Shown here in pieces: positions 41,044 to 52,227 of a stretch of DNA of 64,000 nt. The stretch is taken from contig JADKCY010000001.1 in the NCBI GenBank assembly GCA_016718605.1, positions 58,156-122,155 of the forward strand, given 5' to 3'. Source of the stretch: Lysobacterales bacterium (GTDB lineage: Bacteria > Pseudomonadota > Gammaproteobacteria > Xanthomonadales > Xanthomonadaceae). The position numbers and the translations under genes are program-made. Each line of letters opens with the position of its first letter. Within the stretch, counting starts at the first letter, position 1. The notes beneath the pieces are model-generated. The model was not told the DNA's origin, made no database searches, and was given only the letters and a program-made list of their open reading frames with translations.

Positions 41044-43437
41044 ATGAAGCGAGTTGCCTTGCTCCCCCTCGTGGCCGCGATGATGGCCGCCAATGCCCAT
41101 GCGCAGAACTTTGCGCCCTTCGTGATCAACGATATTCGCGTGGACGGCCTGCAGCGCATCGCCGCAGGTACCGTGTTCACGTATATGCCGCTCGAACGCG
41201 GTGACCGCATCGACAGCAGTGCGGCCGCGCAAACCATCCGTGCCTTGTTCAAGACCGGGTTCTTTACCGATGTTCGCCTTGATCAGCAGGAAGGTGGAAT
41301 CCTCGTCGTCACGGTGGTCGAACGCCCGGCAATCAACAAGATCACCTTGACTGGCAACAAGGACATCAAGAGTGAGGAACTGATCAAAGGTCTCAATGAC
41401 ATCGGCCTGTCCGAGGGTGAGACCTTCAATCAGTTGGCACTGGACCGGGTCACCCAGGAACTGACACGCCAGTACAACAATCGCGGAAAGTACAACGTCA
41501 GCATTGCCCCGACCATCGCCAACCTGGATCGCAATCGCGTCGATATCGTGATCGACGTCAAGGAAGGCAAAGCCGCGCGAATCAAGCATCTCAATATCGT
41601 TGGCAACGAAAGTTTCGATGACGACGAGATTCTGGAAGCTTTCGAGTCGGACACGACCAATTGGTTGTCTTGGTACAAGCGAGACGATCAGTATTCTCGC
41701 GAAAAACTGTCGGGCGACATCGAGAAGCTGAACTCGTTCTACCTGGACCGTGGTTACATCGACTTTGCGGTCGAGTCCACGCAAGTGTCGATCAGTCCGG
41801 ATCGTCGCAATATGTATCTCACCGCCAACGTGCGAGAAGGTGAGATCTATTCCATATCGGATATCAAGGTTTCGGGCGACACCATTATTCCGGTCGACGA
41901 CATGGAGAAATTGGTCGCTATCCAAAGCGGTCAGGTGTTTTCCCGCAAGTTGCTGGAACTGACCTCCGAGGCGATGACCAATGTTCTCGCCAACATCGGG
42001 TATGCCTTCGCGCAAGTGACTCCGGTTCCGACGGTTGACCGTGAGAATCGTTTGGTTGAGATCAATTTTGTGGTTGAACCGGGCAAACGCGTCAACGTTC
42101 GCCGCATCGTCTTCAAGGGCAATACCCGGACTTCCGATGAGGTCATGCGGCGCGAACTTCGCCAGTTTGAAGGCATGTGGTACTCGCAAGCCGCCATAGA
42201 CCGCTCGAAAATCCGTCTGCAGCGTCTGGGATATTTTGATGAAGTGACAATTGACTCCCCTGCCGTCGCTGGATCGGATGATCTGGTCGATCTGGAAATC
42301 AGCGTCAAAGAGCGCACCTCAGGCAGCTTCCAGTTCGGCTTGGGCTATTCGCAGTATGCCGGGTTGATCACCTCGGTCTCGGTCACCCAGAACAACTTCT
42401 TCGGCACCGGCAACCAGATTGGGTTCACGGTGCAGAATAACGCCTACGTCAAACGCGTGGACTTCTCGTACTTTGATCCCTACTTCACCGAAGACGGTAT
42501 CTCGGTTGGCTACAACCTGAGCTACCGCGAGTTGGACCAGGCCGATGCCAACATCGCCAACTACACCGCAGACACCGGCTCATTTCGCACCATTTTTGGT
42601 CTGCCAATCACCGAAACAGATACGGTCGCCGTTGCGTTCGGTATCGACCGCAACACCATCACAACGATTGAAGGCTTTACGCCGCAACCCATCATTGACT
42701 ACATCAACGCACTGGAACGCCGCACCTTCAACGCATGGCGAACCGAACTGTCTTGGTCACGAAATACTACCAACGCGTACTTCAACCCGACCCGCGGCAC
42801 ATACCAGCGGGTCGCTGCTGAAATCGCGCTGCCTGGCTCTACCGTCGAGTACTACAAGCTCTCCTACGAGTTCAACAAATACTGGCCCATCAACCGGCAT
42901 CTGGTGCTGTTGACGCGGTCGGAATTGGGCTACGGCGACAATTATGGCGATGCCAAAACCCGCATGATTCCTGTCACGGGGAGCGATGGCAGCCCGGTAC
43001 TCGACGACGATGGCAACCCCACTTATCGCGAGATCGTTGCCGATGGACTACCTTTCTTTGAGAACTTCTATGCCGGCGGCGAACGGTCGATCCGCGGTTA
43101 CGAAACCAATACGCTGGGGCCGTTCTCGACCACCACGCTGAATCCTGACTATCGCCAGCCACTGGGTGGCGCGTTCAAGACAGTGGGCAGCTTCGAGCTG
43201 ATTTTCCCGACCTTGTTCGACACGCCTTCCATGCGAGTGTCTGCGTTTGTCGACTACGGCAACGTCTTCAAGAGCTTTGACGATTTCGAGTTCCGTGAAT
43301 TTCGCGGTTCGGCCGGCGTCGCACTGCAGTGGCAGGCACCGATTGGTCCGATCATCATCAGCTATGCGCAGCCATTGCAGGAAGATCGCGATGACCGCAT
43401 CGAAAAGCTGCAATTCACGTTCGGCACCTTGTTCTGA
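41044..43437 (+). CDS. bamA: Outer membrane protein assembly factor BamA
   Basis: Signal peptide, five POTRA-like repeats, SIRGY loop-6 motif, C-terminal QFTFGTLF. Confidence 0.96.
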   Translation: MKRVALLPLVAAMMAANAHAQNFAPFVINDIRVDGLQRIAAGTVFTYMPLERGDRIDSSAAAQTIRALFKTGFFTDVRLDQQEGGILVVTVVERPAINKITLTGNKDIKSEELIKGLNDIGLSEGETFNQLALDRVTQELTRQYNNRGKYNVSIAPTIANLDRNRVDIVIDVKEGKAARIKHLNIVGNESFDDDEILEAFESDTTNWLSWYKRDDQYSREKLSGDIEKLNSFYLDRGYIDFAVESTQVSISPDRRNMYLTANVREGEIYSISDIKVSGDTIIPVDDMEKLVAIQSGQVFSRKLLELTSEAMTNVLANIGYAFAQVTPVPTVDRENRLVEINFVVEPGKRVNVRRIVFKGNTRTSDEVMRRELRQFEGMWYSQAAIDRSKIRLQRLGYFDEVTIDSPAVAGSDDLVDLEISVKERTSGSFQFGLGYSQYAGLITSVSVTQNNFFGTGNQIGFTVQNNAYVKRVDFSYFDPYFTEDGISVGYNLSYRELDQADANIANYTADTGSFRTIFGLPITETDTVAVAFGIDRNTITTIEGFTPQPIIDYINALERRTFNAWRTELSWSRNTTNAYFNPTRGTYQRVAAEIALPGSTVEYYKLSYEFNKYWPINRHLVLLTRSELGYGDNYGDAKTRMIPVTGSDGSPVLDDDGNPTYREIVADGLPFFENFYAGGERSIRGYETNTLGPFSTTTLNPDYRQPLGGAFKTVGSFELIFPTLFDTPSMRVSAFVDYGNVFKSFDDFEFREFRGSAGVALQWQAPIGPIIISYAQPLQEDRDDRIEKLQFTFGTLF

Positions 43438-43464
43438 TTCTGCAGCCTGAGCCAGAGCCATTCC

Positions 43465-44022
43465 ATGCCGTTCGAGAAGCGTTCTCGGCGTCGCCCCACC
43501 CAGGACCTGCTGAGGCTCGCCTTGGCAGGGGCGCTGCTGTTTTGCGCCCCGATCGTGCTCGCGCAGGCGGCCAAAATTGGCTACGTGGACATGCAACGAC
43601 TCATCGACAGTGCCCCGCACGTACGCGACGCTCGACTTCGACTGCAGCGGGAATTTGCCACTCGCGATGACTTGCTCTCGCAGGACAGGTCACGACTGGC
43701 TCAGTTGCAGCAACGTTTGGACACCCTGCCTGCAGACAGCCCAGAAACCAACGGCGAAACCCTGCAAGCGGAAATCAACGCACTCAAACGCTCCATCACT
43801 CGAACCAGTGAACGCTTGCGTTCGGAGTTGGAGTCGCGCAGTAGCGAAGAGGTTGAACGCGCTTGGCCACAAATCAACGAAGCTGTTATTGACTACGCTA
43901 ACGAACAAGGCTTTGACCTCATTCTCCCCGGTCCTGTGGTATTCGCCAATGACCGTGTGGATGTGACCGAACAGGTTCTGGAGCGCCTTCAGGCAACGGC
44001 AGAGGATAGCCAACAGCCATGA
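43465..44022 (+). CDS. skp: Skp/OmpH periplasmic chaperone
   Basis: KIGYVDMQRL, coiled-coil body, GFDLIL, VDVTEQVL; position between bamA and lpxD. Confidence 0.85.
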   Translation: MPFEKRSRRRPTQDLLRLALAGALLFCAPIVLAQAAKIGYVDMQRLIDSAPHVRDARLRLQREFATRDDLLSQDRSRLAQLQQRLDTLPADSPETNGETLQAEINALKRSITRTSERLRSELESRSSEEVERAWPQINEAVIDYANEQGFDLILPGPVVFANDRVDVTEQVLERLQATAEDSQQP

Positions 44023-45050
44023 TCAGGCAACCCACGTTTACCCTCGCAACACTGAGTGAACGCTTCGGCTTGACGCTTAGCGGCGATGGCAAACTGGCTA
44101 TTCGCGGCGTCGCAACGCTCGCGGGAGCCGCGCATGGGCAGATTAGCTTTCTTGCCAACCCCCGCTATCGCAAAGATCTACTGAGCACACAGGCCTCCGC
44201 TGTCGTCTTGCCTGCGGCAGATGCGGCTGCCGCGCCCTGCGCGGTGCTGATTTCCAGCAATGCCTATGCCAGCTTTGCGCGCATCGCCGCGCTATTTGAT
44301 CACGACTCGGGCGTTGTGGCCGGTATCCATCCCACGGCAGTGATCGACTCGAGCGCGCAAGTCGATGCATCCGCGTCTATCGGCCCCGGCGTTTGCATCG
44401 GTGCACGCAGTCAGGTTGGAGCGGGTGCCGTGGTTGGTGCGGGCTGCGTTATTGGGGAAGACTGCGCAATTGGCAATGACAGCCACCTAGTGGCACGCGT
44501 CACCCTCGTCAAGCGAGTCCGCGTGGGAACGCATTGCTTGATCCATCCTGGCGCGGTGTTGGGTGCCGACGGCTTTGGACTGGCCATGGATCAGGGCCGC
44601 TGGTTGAAAGTCCCGCAGCTGGGCGGCGTGGTGCTCGGTGATGACTGTGAGATTGGCGCGAACACCACGATTGATCGCGGCGCACTTGACGATACGGTTT
44701 TGGAAGACGACGTCCGCATCGACAATCAGGTGCAGATCGGACACAACGTGCGCATCGGTGCACATACCGCCATCGCGGGGTGTGCAGCAGTCGCTGGATC
44801 GGCGAAAATTGGGCGATTCTGCTTGATCGCCGGCGGCGCGGGTATCGTGGGGCATATCGAAATTTGTGACCGCGTCACGGTTACCGCAATGAGCCTGGTG
44901 ACGCATTCGATCACCCAGGCGGGCTCCTATTCTTCCGGCGTTCCTTTGCAGGAAACTCGCGACTGGCGTCGAAATGCGGCACGTTTTCGTCACTTGGACG
45001 AACTTGCGCGTCGAGTGAAAACCATACATAACAACGAGAACACCGAATGA
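44019..45050 (+). CDS. lpxD: UDP-3-O-acylglucosamine N-acyltransferase
   Basis: Hexapeptide repeats; GADGFG, EIGANTTIDRG, IDNQVQIGHN. Confidence 0.95.
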   Translation: MIRQPTFTLATLSERFGLTLSGDGKLAIRGVATLAGAAHGQISFLANPRYRKDLLSTQASAVVLPAADAAAAPCAVLISSNAYASFARIAALFDHDSGVVAGIHPTAVIDSSAQVDASASIGPGVCIGARSQVGAGAVVGAGCVIGEDCAIGNDSHLVARVTLVKRVRVGTHCLIHPGAVLGADGFGLAMDQGRWLKVPQLGGVVLGDDCEIGANTTIDRGALDDTVLEDDVRIDNQVQIGHNVRIGAHTAIAGCAAVAGSAKIGRFCLIAGGAGIVGHIEICDRVTVTAMSLVTHSITQAGSYSSGVPLQETRDWRRNAARFRHLDELARRVKTIHNNENTE

Positions 45051-45508
45051 GCCACCCTTCTTTGTCGATGCCCGTCGATGTCAACCAGATCATGCAGATG
45101 CTGCCGCATCGCTACCCATTCCTGCTGGTCGACCGGGTCATCGACATCGAACCCAACGTCAAGCTGCGCGCACTGAAGAACGTCAGCTTCAACGAGCCCT
45201 ATTTCCAGGGACACTTCCCGGGCCAACCGGTCATGCCAGGCGTGCTGATCATAGAAGCCATGGCTCAGGCATCTGGCCTGCTGACCCAATTGTCGCAAGA
45301 CCCACCCGGTCTGAAGCAAACCTTGTTCTATCTTGTGAAAGTCGACAACGCGCGCTTCACCAAGCCGGTCGTCCCGGGTGACCAATTGATTCTTGAGTCG
45401 AGACTCAAGCGCATGTTGCGTCGCATGGGGATGTACGAGTGCAGCGCCTACGTCGATGGCGTGGAGGTCGCAAGTGCAGACGTTCTGTGTGCGGAGCCGA
45501 GTGCATGA
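45047..45508 (+). CDS. fabZ: 3-hydroxyacyl-ACP dehydratase
   Basis: LPHRYPFLLVD, FQGHFPGQPVMPGVLIIEAMAQ. Confidence 0.96.
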   Translation: MSHPSLSMPVDVNQIMQMLPHRYPFLLVDRVIDIEPNVKLRALKNVSFNEPYFQGHFPGQPVMPGVLIIEAMAQASGLLTQLSQDPPGLKQTLFYLVKVDNARFTKPVVPGDQLILESRLKRMLRRMGMYECSAYVDGVEVASADVLCAEPSA

Positions 45509-46296
45509 GCATTGACGCATCCGCCTCGATCCACCCCAGCGCTTTGATTGACCCGAGCGCCGTGATTGGCGCGAACGTCAGGATTGGACCATTTTGCGTG
45601 ATCGGCGCCAACGTTCGGATCGGATCCGGAACTACCGTTGCAGCGCACGTGGTCATCGAGGGTCCGACCACGATTGGCTGTGAAAATCAGATTCACAGCT
45701 TCAGCGTGCTCGGTGGCGACCCGCAAGACAAGAAGTTCCATGGCGAGCACTGCGAACTGATCATCGGTGATCGCAATCTGATTCGCGAGTTCTGTACCTT
45801 TAATCGTGGCACAGCCGATGACGGCAGCGTGACGCGAATCGGCTCTGACAACTGGATCATGGCCTACGTGCACATTGCCCATGATTGCGTGGTTGGCGAC
45901 CGCTGCGTGTTTGCCAATGCAGCATCGCTGGCTGGCCACGTCAAAGTTGGTGATCAGGTCATTCTTGGTGGCTTCACGTTGGTCCATCAGTTCTGCCAAG
46001 TTGGCGACCACGCGTTTACCTCGATGGGCAGTGTCATCAATCGCGATGTGCCGCCGTTCGTTACCGTCGCCGGCCAATATGCCGAACCGCATGGGATCAA
46101 TTCGGAAGGGCTGCGTCGCCGCGGCTTTTCCAGTGAACGCATCATGGGGATAAAGCGCGCTTACCGGACCATTTACAAATCAGGCCTGCCACTGGCGGAA
46201 GCGCGTGAAAAACTGGTGGAAATGGCTGCGGATTTGCCTGACGTCAAGCAACTGCTCGATTTTATTGACGGCAGCCAACGCTCACTGGTGCGCTGA
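45505..46296 (+). CDS. lpxA: UDP-N-acetylglucosamine acyltransferase
   Basis: IHPSALID, PQDKKF, HIAHDC, LAGHV; hexapeptide repeats. Confidence 0.96.
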   Translation: MSIDASASIHPSALIDPSAVIGANVRIGPFCVIGANVRIGSGTTVAAHVVIEGPTTIGCENQIHSFSVLGGDPQDKKFHGEHCELIIGDRNLIREFCTFNRGTADDGSVTRIGSDNWIMAYVHIAHDCVVGDRCVFANAASLAGHVKVGDQVILGGFTLVHQFCQVGDHAFTSMGSVINRDVPPFVTVAGQYAEPHGINSEGLRRRGFSSERIMGIKRAYRTIYKSGLPLAEAREKLVEMAADLPDVKQLLDFIDGSQRSLVR

Positions 46297-47450
46297 TGCG
46301 CATCGCCCTCGTTGCGGGCGAAGCTTCCGGTGACGTGTTGGGCGCCGGGTTGGTCAGCGCCCTGCGGGTGCACTATCCCGATGCGGAATTCATTGGTGTC
46401 GGAGGGCCGCTCATGCGAGCGGTCGGAGTGAATACCTGGTGGGATTGTGGCGAACTAGCGGTCATGGGCCTGCTTGAAGTTCTGCGCCATTTGCCAAGAC
46501 TGCTGCGATTGCGTCGGGAGCTTGCCCAACGACTACTGATGAAGAAACCGGACGTTTTCATCGGTATCGATGCACCTGACTTCAATCTTGCACTTGAGCG
46601 AAAACTGAAGCGCGCAGGCATCCCTACGGTTCACTACGTCAGCCCGTCGGTCTGGGCGTGGCGCGAAAAGCGTGCGGCGCGCATGGCCGAGTCCGCTGAC
46701 CGCGTGCTTTGTCTGTTTCCTATGGAACCGCCGATATACGCCCGGCATGGCGTCGACGCGCGTTTCGTTGGGCATCCTCTGGCAGATCACTATCCGCTGC
46801 ATGCCGATCCCTCCCAGGCGCGATCGGCGTTGGGTATTGATAGCGCGGCACGCGTTTTGGCATTGCTGCCGGGCAGTCGACTGGGCGAAATCAAACGCTT
46901 GGGACCGATATTCATCGCCACTGCAGCGTGTCTGCAAGCCGAAGACCCGGCGCTGCAGATTTGGGTGCCGATGGCGAATGCCGCCTGCCGGGCCCTGTTT
47001 GAGCAGCAATTGCAGGAAGCCAAAACCTGTGCGCGTTTCCACCGGGTCGATCAGCAGTCGGATCTCGTCATGCAGGCGGCTGACCGCATCCTGCTGGCCT
47101 CAGGAACGGCGGCCTTGGAGGCGCTACTGTGCAAACGCCCGATGGTCGTGGCCTATCGGATCAACGCGCTGACCTACTGGTTGGTGACTCGCCTGAAAAT
47201 GATGCGAGTAGATCGATTCAGCTTACCCAATGCGCTGGCCAACGAAGCCTTGGTGAGCGAATGCATGCAAGCAGATTGCACGCCACCACGTCTGTACTTG
47301 GCAGTTGAGGCCTTGCAGGCGTCGCCGGAGCGCATGGACTACGTGCAATCGCGCTATCTCGCCATTCACCAACAACTTCGGCAAGATGCCAGCATACGGG
47401 CGGCCGAAGAAGTCGTCGACTTGTTGCGGCCTTCACAGCATGCGACTTGA
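46296..47450 (+). CDS. lpxB: Lipid-A-disaccharide synthase
   Basis: [36 protein letters not shown]. Confidence 0.96.
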   Translation: MRIALVAGEASGDVLGAGLVSALRVHYPDAEFIGVGGPLMRAVGVNTWWDCGELAVMGLLEVLRHLPRLLRLRRELAQRLLMKKPDVFIGIDAPDFNLALERKLKRAGIPTVHYVSPSVWAWREKRAARMAESADRVLCLFPMEPPIYARHGVDARFVGHPLADHYPLHADPSQARSALGIDSAARVLALLPGSRLGEIKRLGPIFIATAACLQAEDPALQIWVPMANAACRALFEQQLQEAKTCARFHRVDQQSDLVMQAADRILLASGTAALEALLCKRPMVVAYRINALTYWLVTRLKMMRVDRFSLPNALANEALVSECMQADCTPPRLYLAVEALQASPERMDYVQSRYLAIHQQLRQDASIRAAEEVVDLLRPSQHAT

Positions 47451-48039
47451 ATCCCCCTCACTCCTCATCGCAGGTGTCGATGAAGCCGGGCGTGGCCCAT
47501 TGGCCGGACCTGTCGTAGTCGCGGCTGTCATTCTCGATCACGAGCGCCCGATCATCGGTATCCGCGACTCGAAACAACTCAATGAAAAGCAGCGCGAGCG
47601 ACTGTACGAGCAGATCGTCCAGCAAGCCATGGCCTACACGATTGTATCGATTGAGCCCGAGGAAATTGATCGCCTGAACATCTACCAAGCCACCTTGCGG
47701 GGCATGCGCGATGCGCTGGTGTCGCTCGCTGTTCGGCCAGATATCGCACGTATTGACGGCAATGCATTGCCGCGTGATTTACCCTGTCGTGCGGAGGCGT
47801 GGGTGGGCGGTGATTCACGTTGCCTGGCGATCGGTGCAGCCTCCATTTTGGCCAAGGTCAGTCGCGACCGGCAGATGGTGGAGCTGGATTCACGGCATCC
47901 CCGTTACGGTTTTGCCAAGCACAAGGGGTATCCGACCCCGGAGCATTTGCAGGCGCTCCGCCAATTCGGTGCGTGCCCCGAGCATCGCAAGAGTTTTGCG
48001 CCGGTTCGTGAGGCACCAGTCCAATCCAAACTCTGGTAG
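47440..48039 (+). CDS. rnhB: Ribonuclease HII
   Basis: [42 protein letters not shown]. Confidence 0.96.
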   Translation: MRLESPSLLIAGVDEAGRGPLAGPVVVAAVILDHERPIIGIRDSKQLNEKQRERLYEQIVQQAMAYTIVSIEPEEIDRLNIYQATLRGMRDALVSLAVRPDIARIDGNALPRDLPCRAEAWVGGDSRCLAIGAASILAKVSRDRQMVELDSRHPRYGFAKHKGYPTPEHLQALRQFGACPEHRKSFAPVREAPVQSKLW

Positions 48040-48214
48040 CACGGTCGAAGAAAAGCGACTTCCGGTGCAACAACTCTGTACGTCGGGAGCCGGCTCACAG
48101 ACCGCCCCCACCATTGATGAGGGGAACGCGCTCACTCATTGACGCCACCGACTTCGACAAGCTCGACGCTTGGCGCTATTGTCCAGCCGATTACTCCAGT
48201 CCAGCGCGGTTCCG

Positions 48215-49492
48215 ATGCGGATTTTTCTCTTGACTCGTTCCTTGCTCACTTGCCGCCGAGCCGCAAAGCGACACAATGGATTCCACGCTTTCTGGCTGCT
48301 CATCAGCATCCAGCTCGTCAGCTCGGTCAGCCTCGCGAGCGAGCCCGAACCGCAGCTCTGGTTGCACTCCGCAGAAGGCGACCAACGGCGTGTCGACCCC
48401 GCCACGCCACTGCGCTTGCTGGCCAACCAAGCAATGCAGTTGCGAATTGATGCCGGCGCAGATGAGACGCTGGATTGCGAATTGCTTGGCGCAGAAGGCA
48501 ACGACCGCATTGCATTGGATTGTTCACGGATCAATCTGCTGGGCCTCGACAGCGGTGCATACCTCCTGCAGGTGCGCGCGCAGGCAGCGCAGGCAGCGGA
48601 CAGGCCTGCACGACGATGGTCTTGGCTGATTCAAGGCCCCAATCGCAACCTGTTGCACCTGAACTGGCTGTTGGCGCTGACGGTGGCTGTCAGCGGCGTT
48701 GCTGTCTGGATGCGTCGTCGAACCCATCTTCTACTCGCAGATACCAGCGCACTGGATAAACTGGTTAAACAGCGACTGGCGCAATTGGAAGCAACCAACC
48801 AGCGCCTTCGAACCCTCTCCGAGACAGATGGCCTGACCGGGTTGTCCAATCGTCGGCATTTTGACGAGGTCCTGCGCGAACCACTCGCACGCGCATTGCT
48901 GATCGATCGACCACTCGCCGTGCTGATGCTGGATGTCGACCATTTCAAGGCCTACAACGACGCCAATGGTCATCTTGCTGGTGATGACATCCTGCGGAGG
49001 ATCGGCGCGGAGTTGCGCGGTTCCATTCGCAACGACACGCTTGCTGCGCGCTATGGCGGCGAAGAATTCGCGTTGATCGCGCCAGCGCGTGGCAAAGAAG
49101 CGCAAGATCTGGCCGAACGCTTGCGAAGACGCATCGAAAGTCAGATCGGTGTCACCGCCAGCTTTGGTGTCGCCTGCTTCGATGTCCGTCGCGATGCCGA
49201 CGAGGCCGCACTGATTGCGCGTGCCGACGATGCGTTGTATCAGGCCAAACGAGCTGGTCGCAATCGCGTCCACACCGACAGCGGTGAATTCACCTCTGCG
49301 CTGGACGCAGAACCCCTTGTTGAACCGCAGGAGCAGAGCAACGCCTTCGAGGGCGAGCCCTGCCCCAACCCGCCTCAGATCGAGACGTGGCCCGAGGATG
49401 AACTGGCGGATTCAGCACCGTCCGCTACTGGCAATTCCACCAGCGACACACTGGCATCCTCTGGATCGGATCGCACACTGAAACCCAGTTGA
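48215..49492 (+). CDS. Membrane diguanylate cyclase with short Y_Y_Y-like extracytoplasmic domain
   Basis: Hydrophobic leader, [14 protein letters not shown], coiled coil, [15 protein letters not shown]; start uncertain. Confidence 0.8.
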   Translation: MRIFLLTRSLLTCRRAAKRHNGFHAFWLLISIQLVSSVSLASEPEPQLWLHSAEGDQRRVDPATPLRLLANQAMQLRIDAGADETLDCELLGAEGNDRIALDCSRINLLGLDSGAYLLQVRAQAAQAADRPARRWSWLIQGPNRNLLHLNWLLALTVAVSGVAVWMRRRTHLLLADTSALDKLVKQRLAQLEATNQRLRTLSETDGLTGLSNRRHFDEVLREPLARALLIDRPLAVLMLDVDHFKAYNDANGHLAGDDILRRIGAELRGSIRNDTLAARYGGEEFALIAPARGKEAQDLAERLRRRIESQIGVTASFGVACFDVRRDADEAALIARADDALYQAKRAGRNRVHTDSGEFTSALDAEPLVEPQEQSNAFEGEPCPNPPQIETWPEDELADSAPSATGNSTSDTLASSGSDRTLKPS

Positions 49493-52101
49493 CGACACAT
49501 ATCCAGCATCGAGGTGTTTTCGCGCAACACTTGTCCACTGATGTGCTGTAGTCCGAATCGCCGCGCCTGCAGAATGAGTTGCTGCATCAAAGCCCAGCCG
49601 AGACCCTGTCCTTTCAAATTGGAGCGCAGCAGGATCGCGTATTCCCCAGTATCGAGTTCAGGGTCAGCATGGATCTGCGCGATGCCAAGAACTTCATCGT
49701 TACCATCGACAGCCAAAAGTACGATCACGCGGGCGTAATCGATCTGTGTCAGGCGCGCAATAAACGCCTGACTGATGTGTTTCACCGGCGAGAAATAGCG
49801 CTGGCGCAAATCATCCGGCGTGACCTCTGCAAAGAAGCGCCGCAAGCGGTCCTCGTCCTCTGGTCGGATGGGTCGCACGTGGACATCATTACGATGTCGC
49901 AATGGCAGGTGCGCTTCGAGGGACTTGGGATACGGTGCAATGGCAAAGCGAGGGTTGGTTCGCCGTCGGCCCAAAGCGGCAGGTGCCACCAAAATCCGCG
50001 CATCCAGTGCAATCACGCCCTTCTCGTCGGCCAGCAGCGGATTGATATCCAGTTCGCGCACCTCTGGCAAATCGGCAGTCAACTGCGCAAGTTTCACCAA
50101 GGTCAGCGCCACCGCCTCGCGGTCTGCGGCGGGCCAGTCACGATAGGCATTGAGCCGCCGCACAACGCGCGTACGGTCGATCAGCTCGTGTGCCAAGGTC
50201 ATGTGCAAGGGCGGCAGCGTGAGCGCGGTATCGTTTTCGACTTCGACCGCAATGCCGCCCGCACCAAACAGGATGACCGGGCCAAAAATGGGATCATCGG
50301 CGATGCCTGCAATCAATTCACGCGCGTAACGACGACGAATCATCGGCTGCACCAGCACGCCTTCGACGCGTGCCTCCGGCATCGCGTCGCTGACCCGCTG
50401 CAACATCTCGGCCGTCGCGTCGCGCACCGCGTGCGTGCTCGACAATCCAAGCACCACGCCGCCCACATCCGACTTGTGTTGAATATCGGGCGAGACGATC
50501 TTCAACACGACTTGGGCATGCTCGGCCAGCATCGGCGCGGCGCAGGCCGCGGCCTCCTCAGGCGTGGCTGCAATACTCATCGCGGCCACGGGAATATCGT
50601 AGGCCGCCAATACCTCGTGAACCTCCAGCACCGATAGCCAGCGATCACCGCGAGCCAACGCCGCCGCAATCGCCTTGCGAGCACGATCCGGCTCAGGTGT
50701 GAACTCCTGTGGCAACTCGGGCGGTGTGACCATCAACTGGCGTTGTGCTTCACGGTACTTCACCAAATGCACGAAGCCACGGACCGCACCAGTGAGCGTC
50801 CGGTAGGACGGCACGCCTGCACGTGTGAAAAGCGTGCGCGCCTCCGCCTCTTGCGCCAGCCAACACGCAAGGATCGGCTTGTTTAACTTGCCGCTCTTGC
50901 GACGCTGCTCGATATGCGCAGCGACCGCTTCGGCAATCTCCATCGGCTTGACCAATGCGGTCGGCACATGGATGACAAAGACCGCATCACACTCGGGCGC
51001 ATCCAACAGAACATCCAATGCCGCGATATAGCGCTCAGGACCGCCATCGCCGACGATATCCACCGGATTGCTGTGCGACCAGGTCGGCGGTAGCACCTGA
51101 TCCAATGCCTGACGTGTCACATCGCTCAACTCGGCTGACACCCCACCAAGATCACTCAATCGGTCGACAGCCAGAATACCGACACCGCCACCGTTGGTGA
51201 GCAACGCCAGACGCCGACCTTCAATGGGTTTCAACATTGACAACGTGCTGGCCGCCGCAAATAGCTCTTCCATGTCGTTGACGCGCAGCACACCGGCGCG
51301 ACGCAGAGCCGCATCAAACACCACATCGCTGCCAGCCAGCGCGCCCGTATGGGAAGCAGCAGCCTTGGCGCCCGCCGCGTGACGGCCCGCTTTGACCACG
51401 ATGACCGGTTTGGCCCTGGCGGCAGCGCGCGCAGCTGACATGAAACGCTGCGGATCGGTCACAGACTCCATGTAAATCAGAATCGCACGGGTGTGCGCAT
51501 CGGTCGCGAAATAGTCCAGCAATTCACCGACATCAATGTCAGCCATATCCCCTAAAGAGACGATGCCGGAGAAACCGATATCGCGCGCATTGGCCCATTC
51601 GACAACAGTCGTGACTACCGCACCTGACTGTGCCAACAGCGCGAGATCGCCTGGCATGGCAGGGCTAGCGGCAAAACTGGCATTGATGCCTGCCAGTGGG
51701 GCCAGTATTCCCAGACAGTTCGGACCAACCACGCGGATCCCAGATTTGCGCGCTGCAACAGTGGTCGCTTCACGCAAGGAACCGGGCCCCTGACCTAGGC
51801 CGGCGGTAATCACCACGGCAGCCTTGACGCCCGCCGCGCCGGCTTCTTCAATGGTTGCCGGAACAGCCTCTGGTGGCACCGTTACAACCACCAAGTCAGG
51901 CACTTGGGGCAGCTTCTGCAGCGTTGAATACGTGGGTAAGCCAGCGATATCCCGATACTTCGGACTGACCACTGCAATCGGCCCCGTGAATCCACCAGAT
52001 GCCAGGTTTTGGGCGATAACCCGCCCCAAACTGCGCTCTTTGGTACTGGCACCGATGACCGCGATCGACTGCGGGCGAAACAACGCGCTCAGGTTATTCA
52101 T
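49375..52101 (-). CDS. Acetate--CoA ligase-like/GNAT fusion (Pat/PatZ-type protein acetyltransferase)
   Basis: [12 protein letters not shown] CoA-binding domain, [19 protein letters not shown]-grasp (DINPLL), C-terminal GNAT (IRPEDE, DYAR, GQGLG). Confidence 0.9.
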   Translation of the reverse strand: MNNLSALFRPQSIAVIGASTKERSLGRVIAQNLASGGFTGPIAVVSPKYRDIAGLPTYSTLQKLPQVPDLVVVTVPPEAVPATIEEAGAAGVKAAVVITAGLGQGPGSLREATTVAARKSGIRVVGPNCLGILAPLAGINASFAASPAMPGDLALLAQSGAVVTTVVEWANARDIGFSGIVSLGDMADIDVGELLDYFATDAHTRAILIYMESVTDPQRFMSAARAAARAKPVIVVKAGRHAAGAKAAASHTGALAGSDVVFDAALRRAGVLRVNDMEELFAAASTLSMLKPIEGRRLALLTNGGGVGILAVDRLSDLGGVSAELSDVTRQALDQVLPPTWSHSNPVDIVGDGGPERYIAALDVLLDAPECDAVFVIHVPTALVKPMEIAEAVAAHIEQRRKSGKLNKPILACWLAQEAEARTLFTRAGVPSYRTLTGAVRGFVHLVKYREAQRQLMVTPPELPQEFTPEPDRARKAIAAALARGDRWLSVLEVHEVLAAYDIPVAAMSIAATPEEAAACAAPMLAEHAQVVLKIVSPDIQHKSDVGGVVLGLSSTHAVRDATAEMLQRVSDAMPEARVEGVLVQPMIRRRYARELIAGIADDPIFGPVILFGAGGIAVEVENDTALTLPPLHMTLAHELIDRTRVVRRLNAYRDWPAADREAVALTLVKLAQLTADLPEVRELDINPLLADEKGVIALDARILVAPAALGRRRTNPRFAIAPYPKSLEAHLPLRHRNDVHVRPIRPEDEDRLRRFFAEVTPDDLRQRYFSPVKHISQAFIARLTQIDYARVIVLLAVDGNDEVLGIAQIHADPELDTGEYAILLRSNLKGQGLGWALMQQLILQARRFGLQHISGQVLRENTSMLDMCRQLGFSVRSDPEDASVSLVELPVADGAESASSSSGHVSI

Positions 52102-52227
52102 GCTTTCCTCACTGACTGAATTTGCTGCATACGCACATTGTGCCTATGCAAGATGACAGCCAGCTTGACCAAAGTCCAAAGTGACCGGCCTCCGGCATGC
52201 GAGGCAGGCCACTTCTTCATTCACGAC

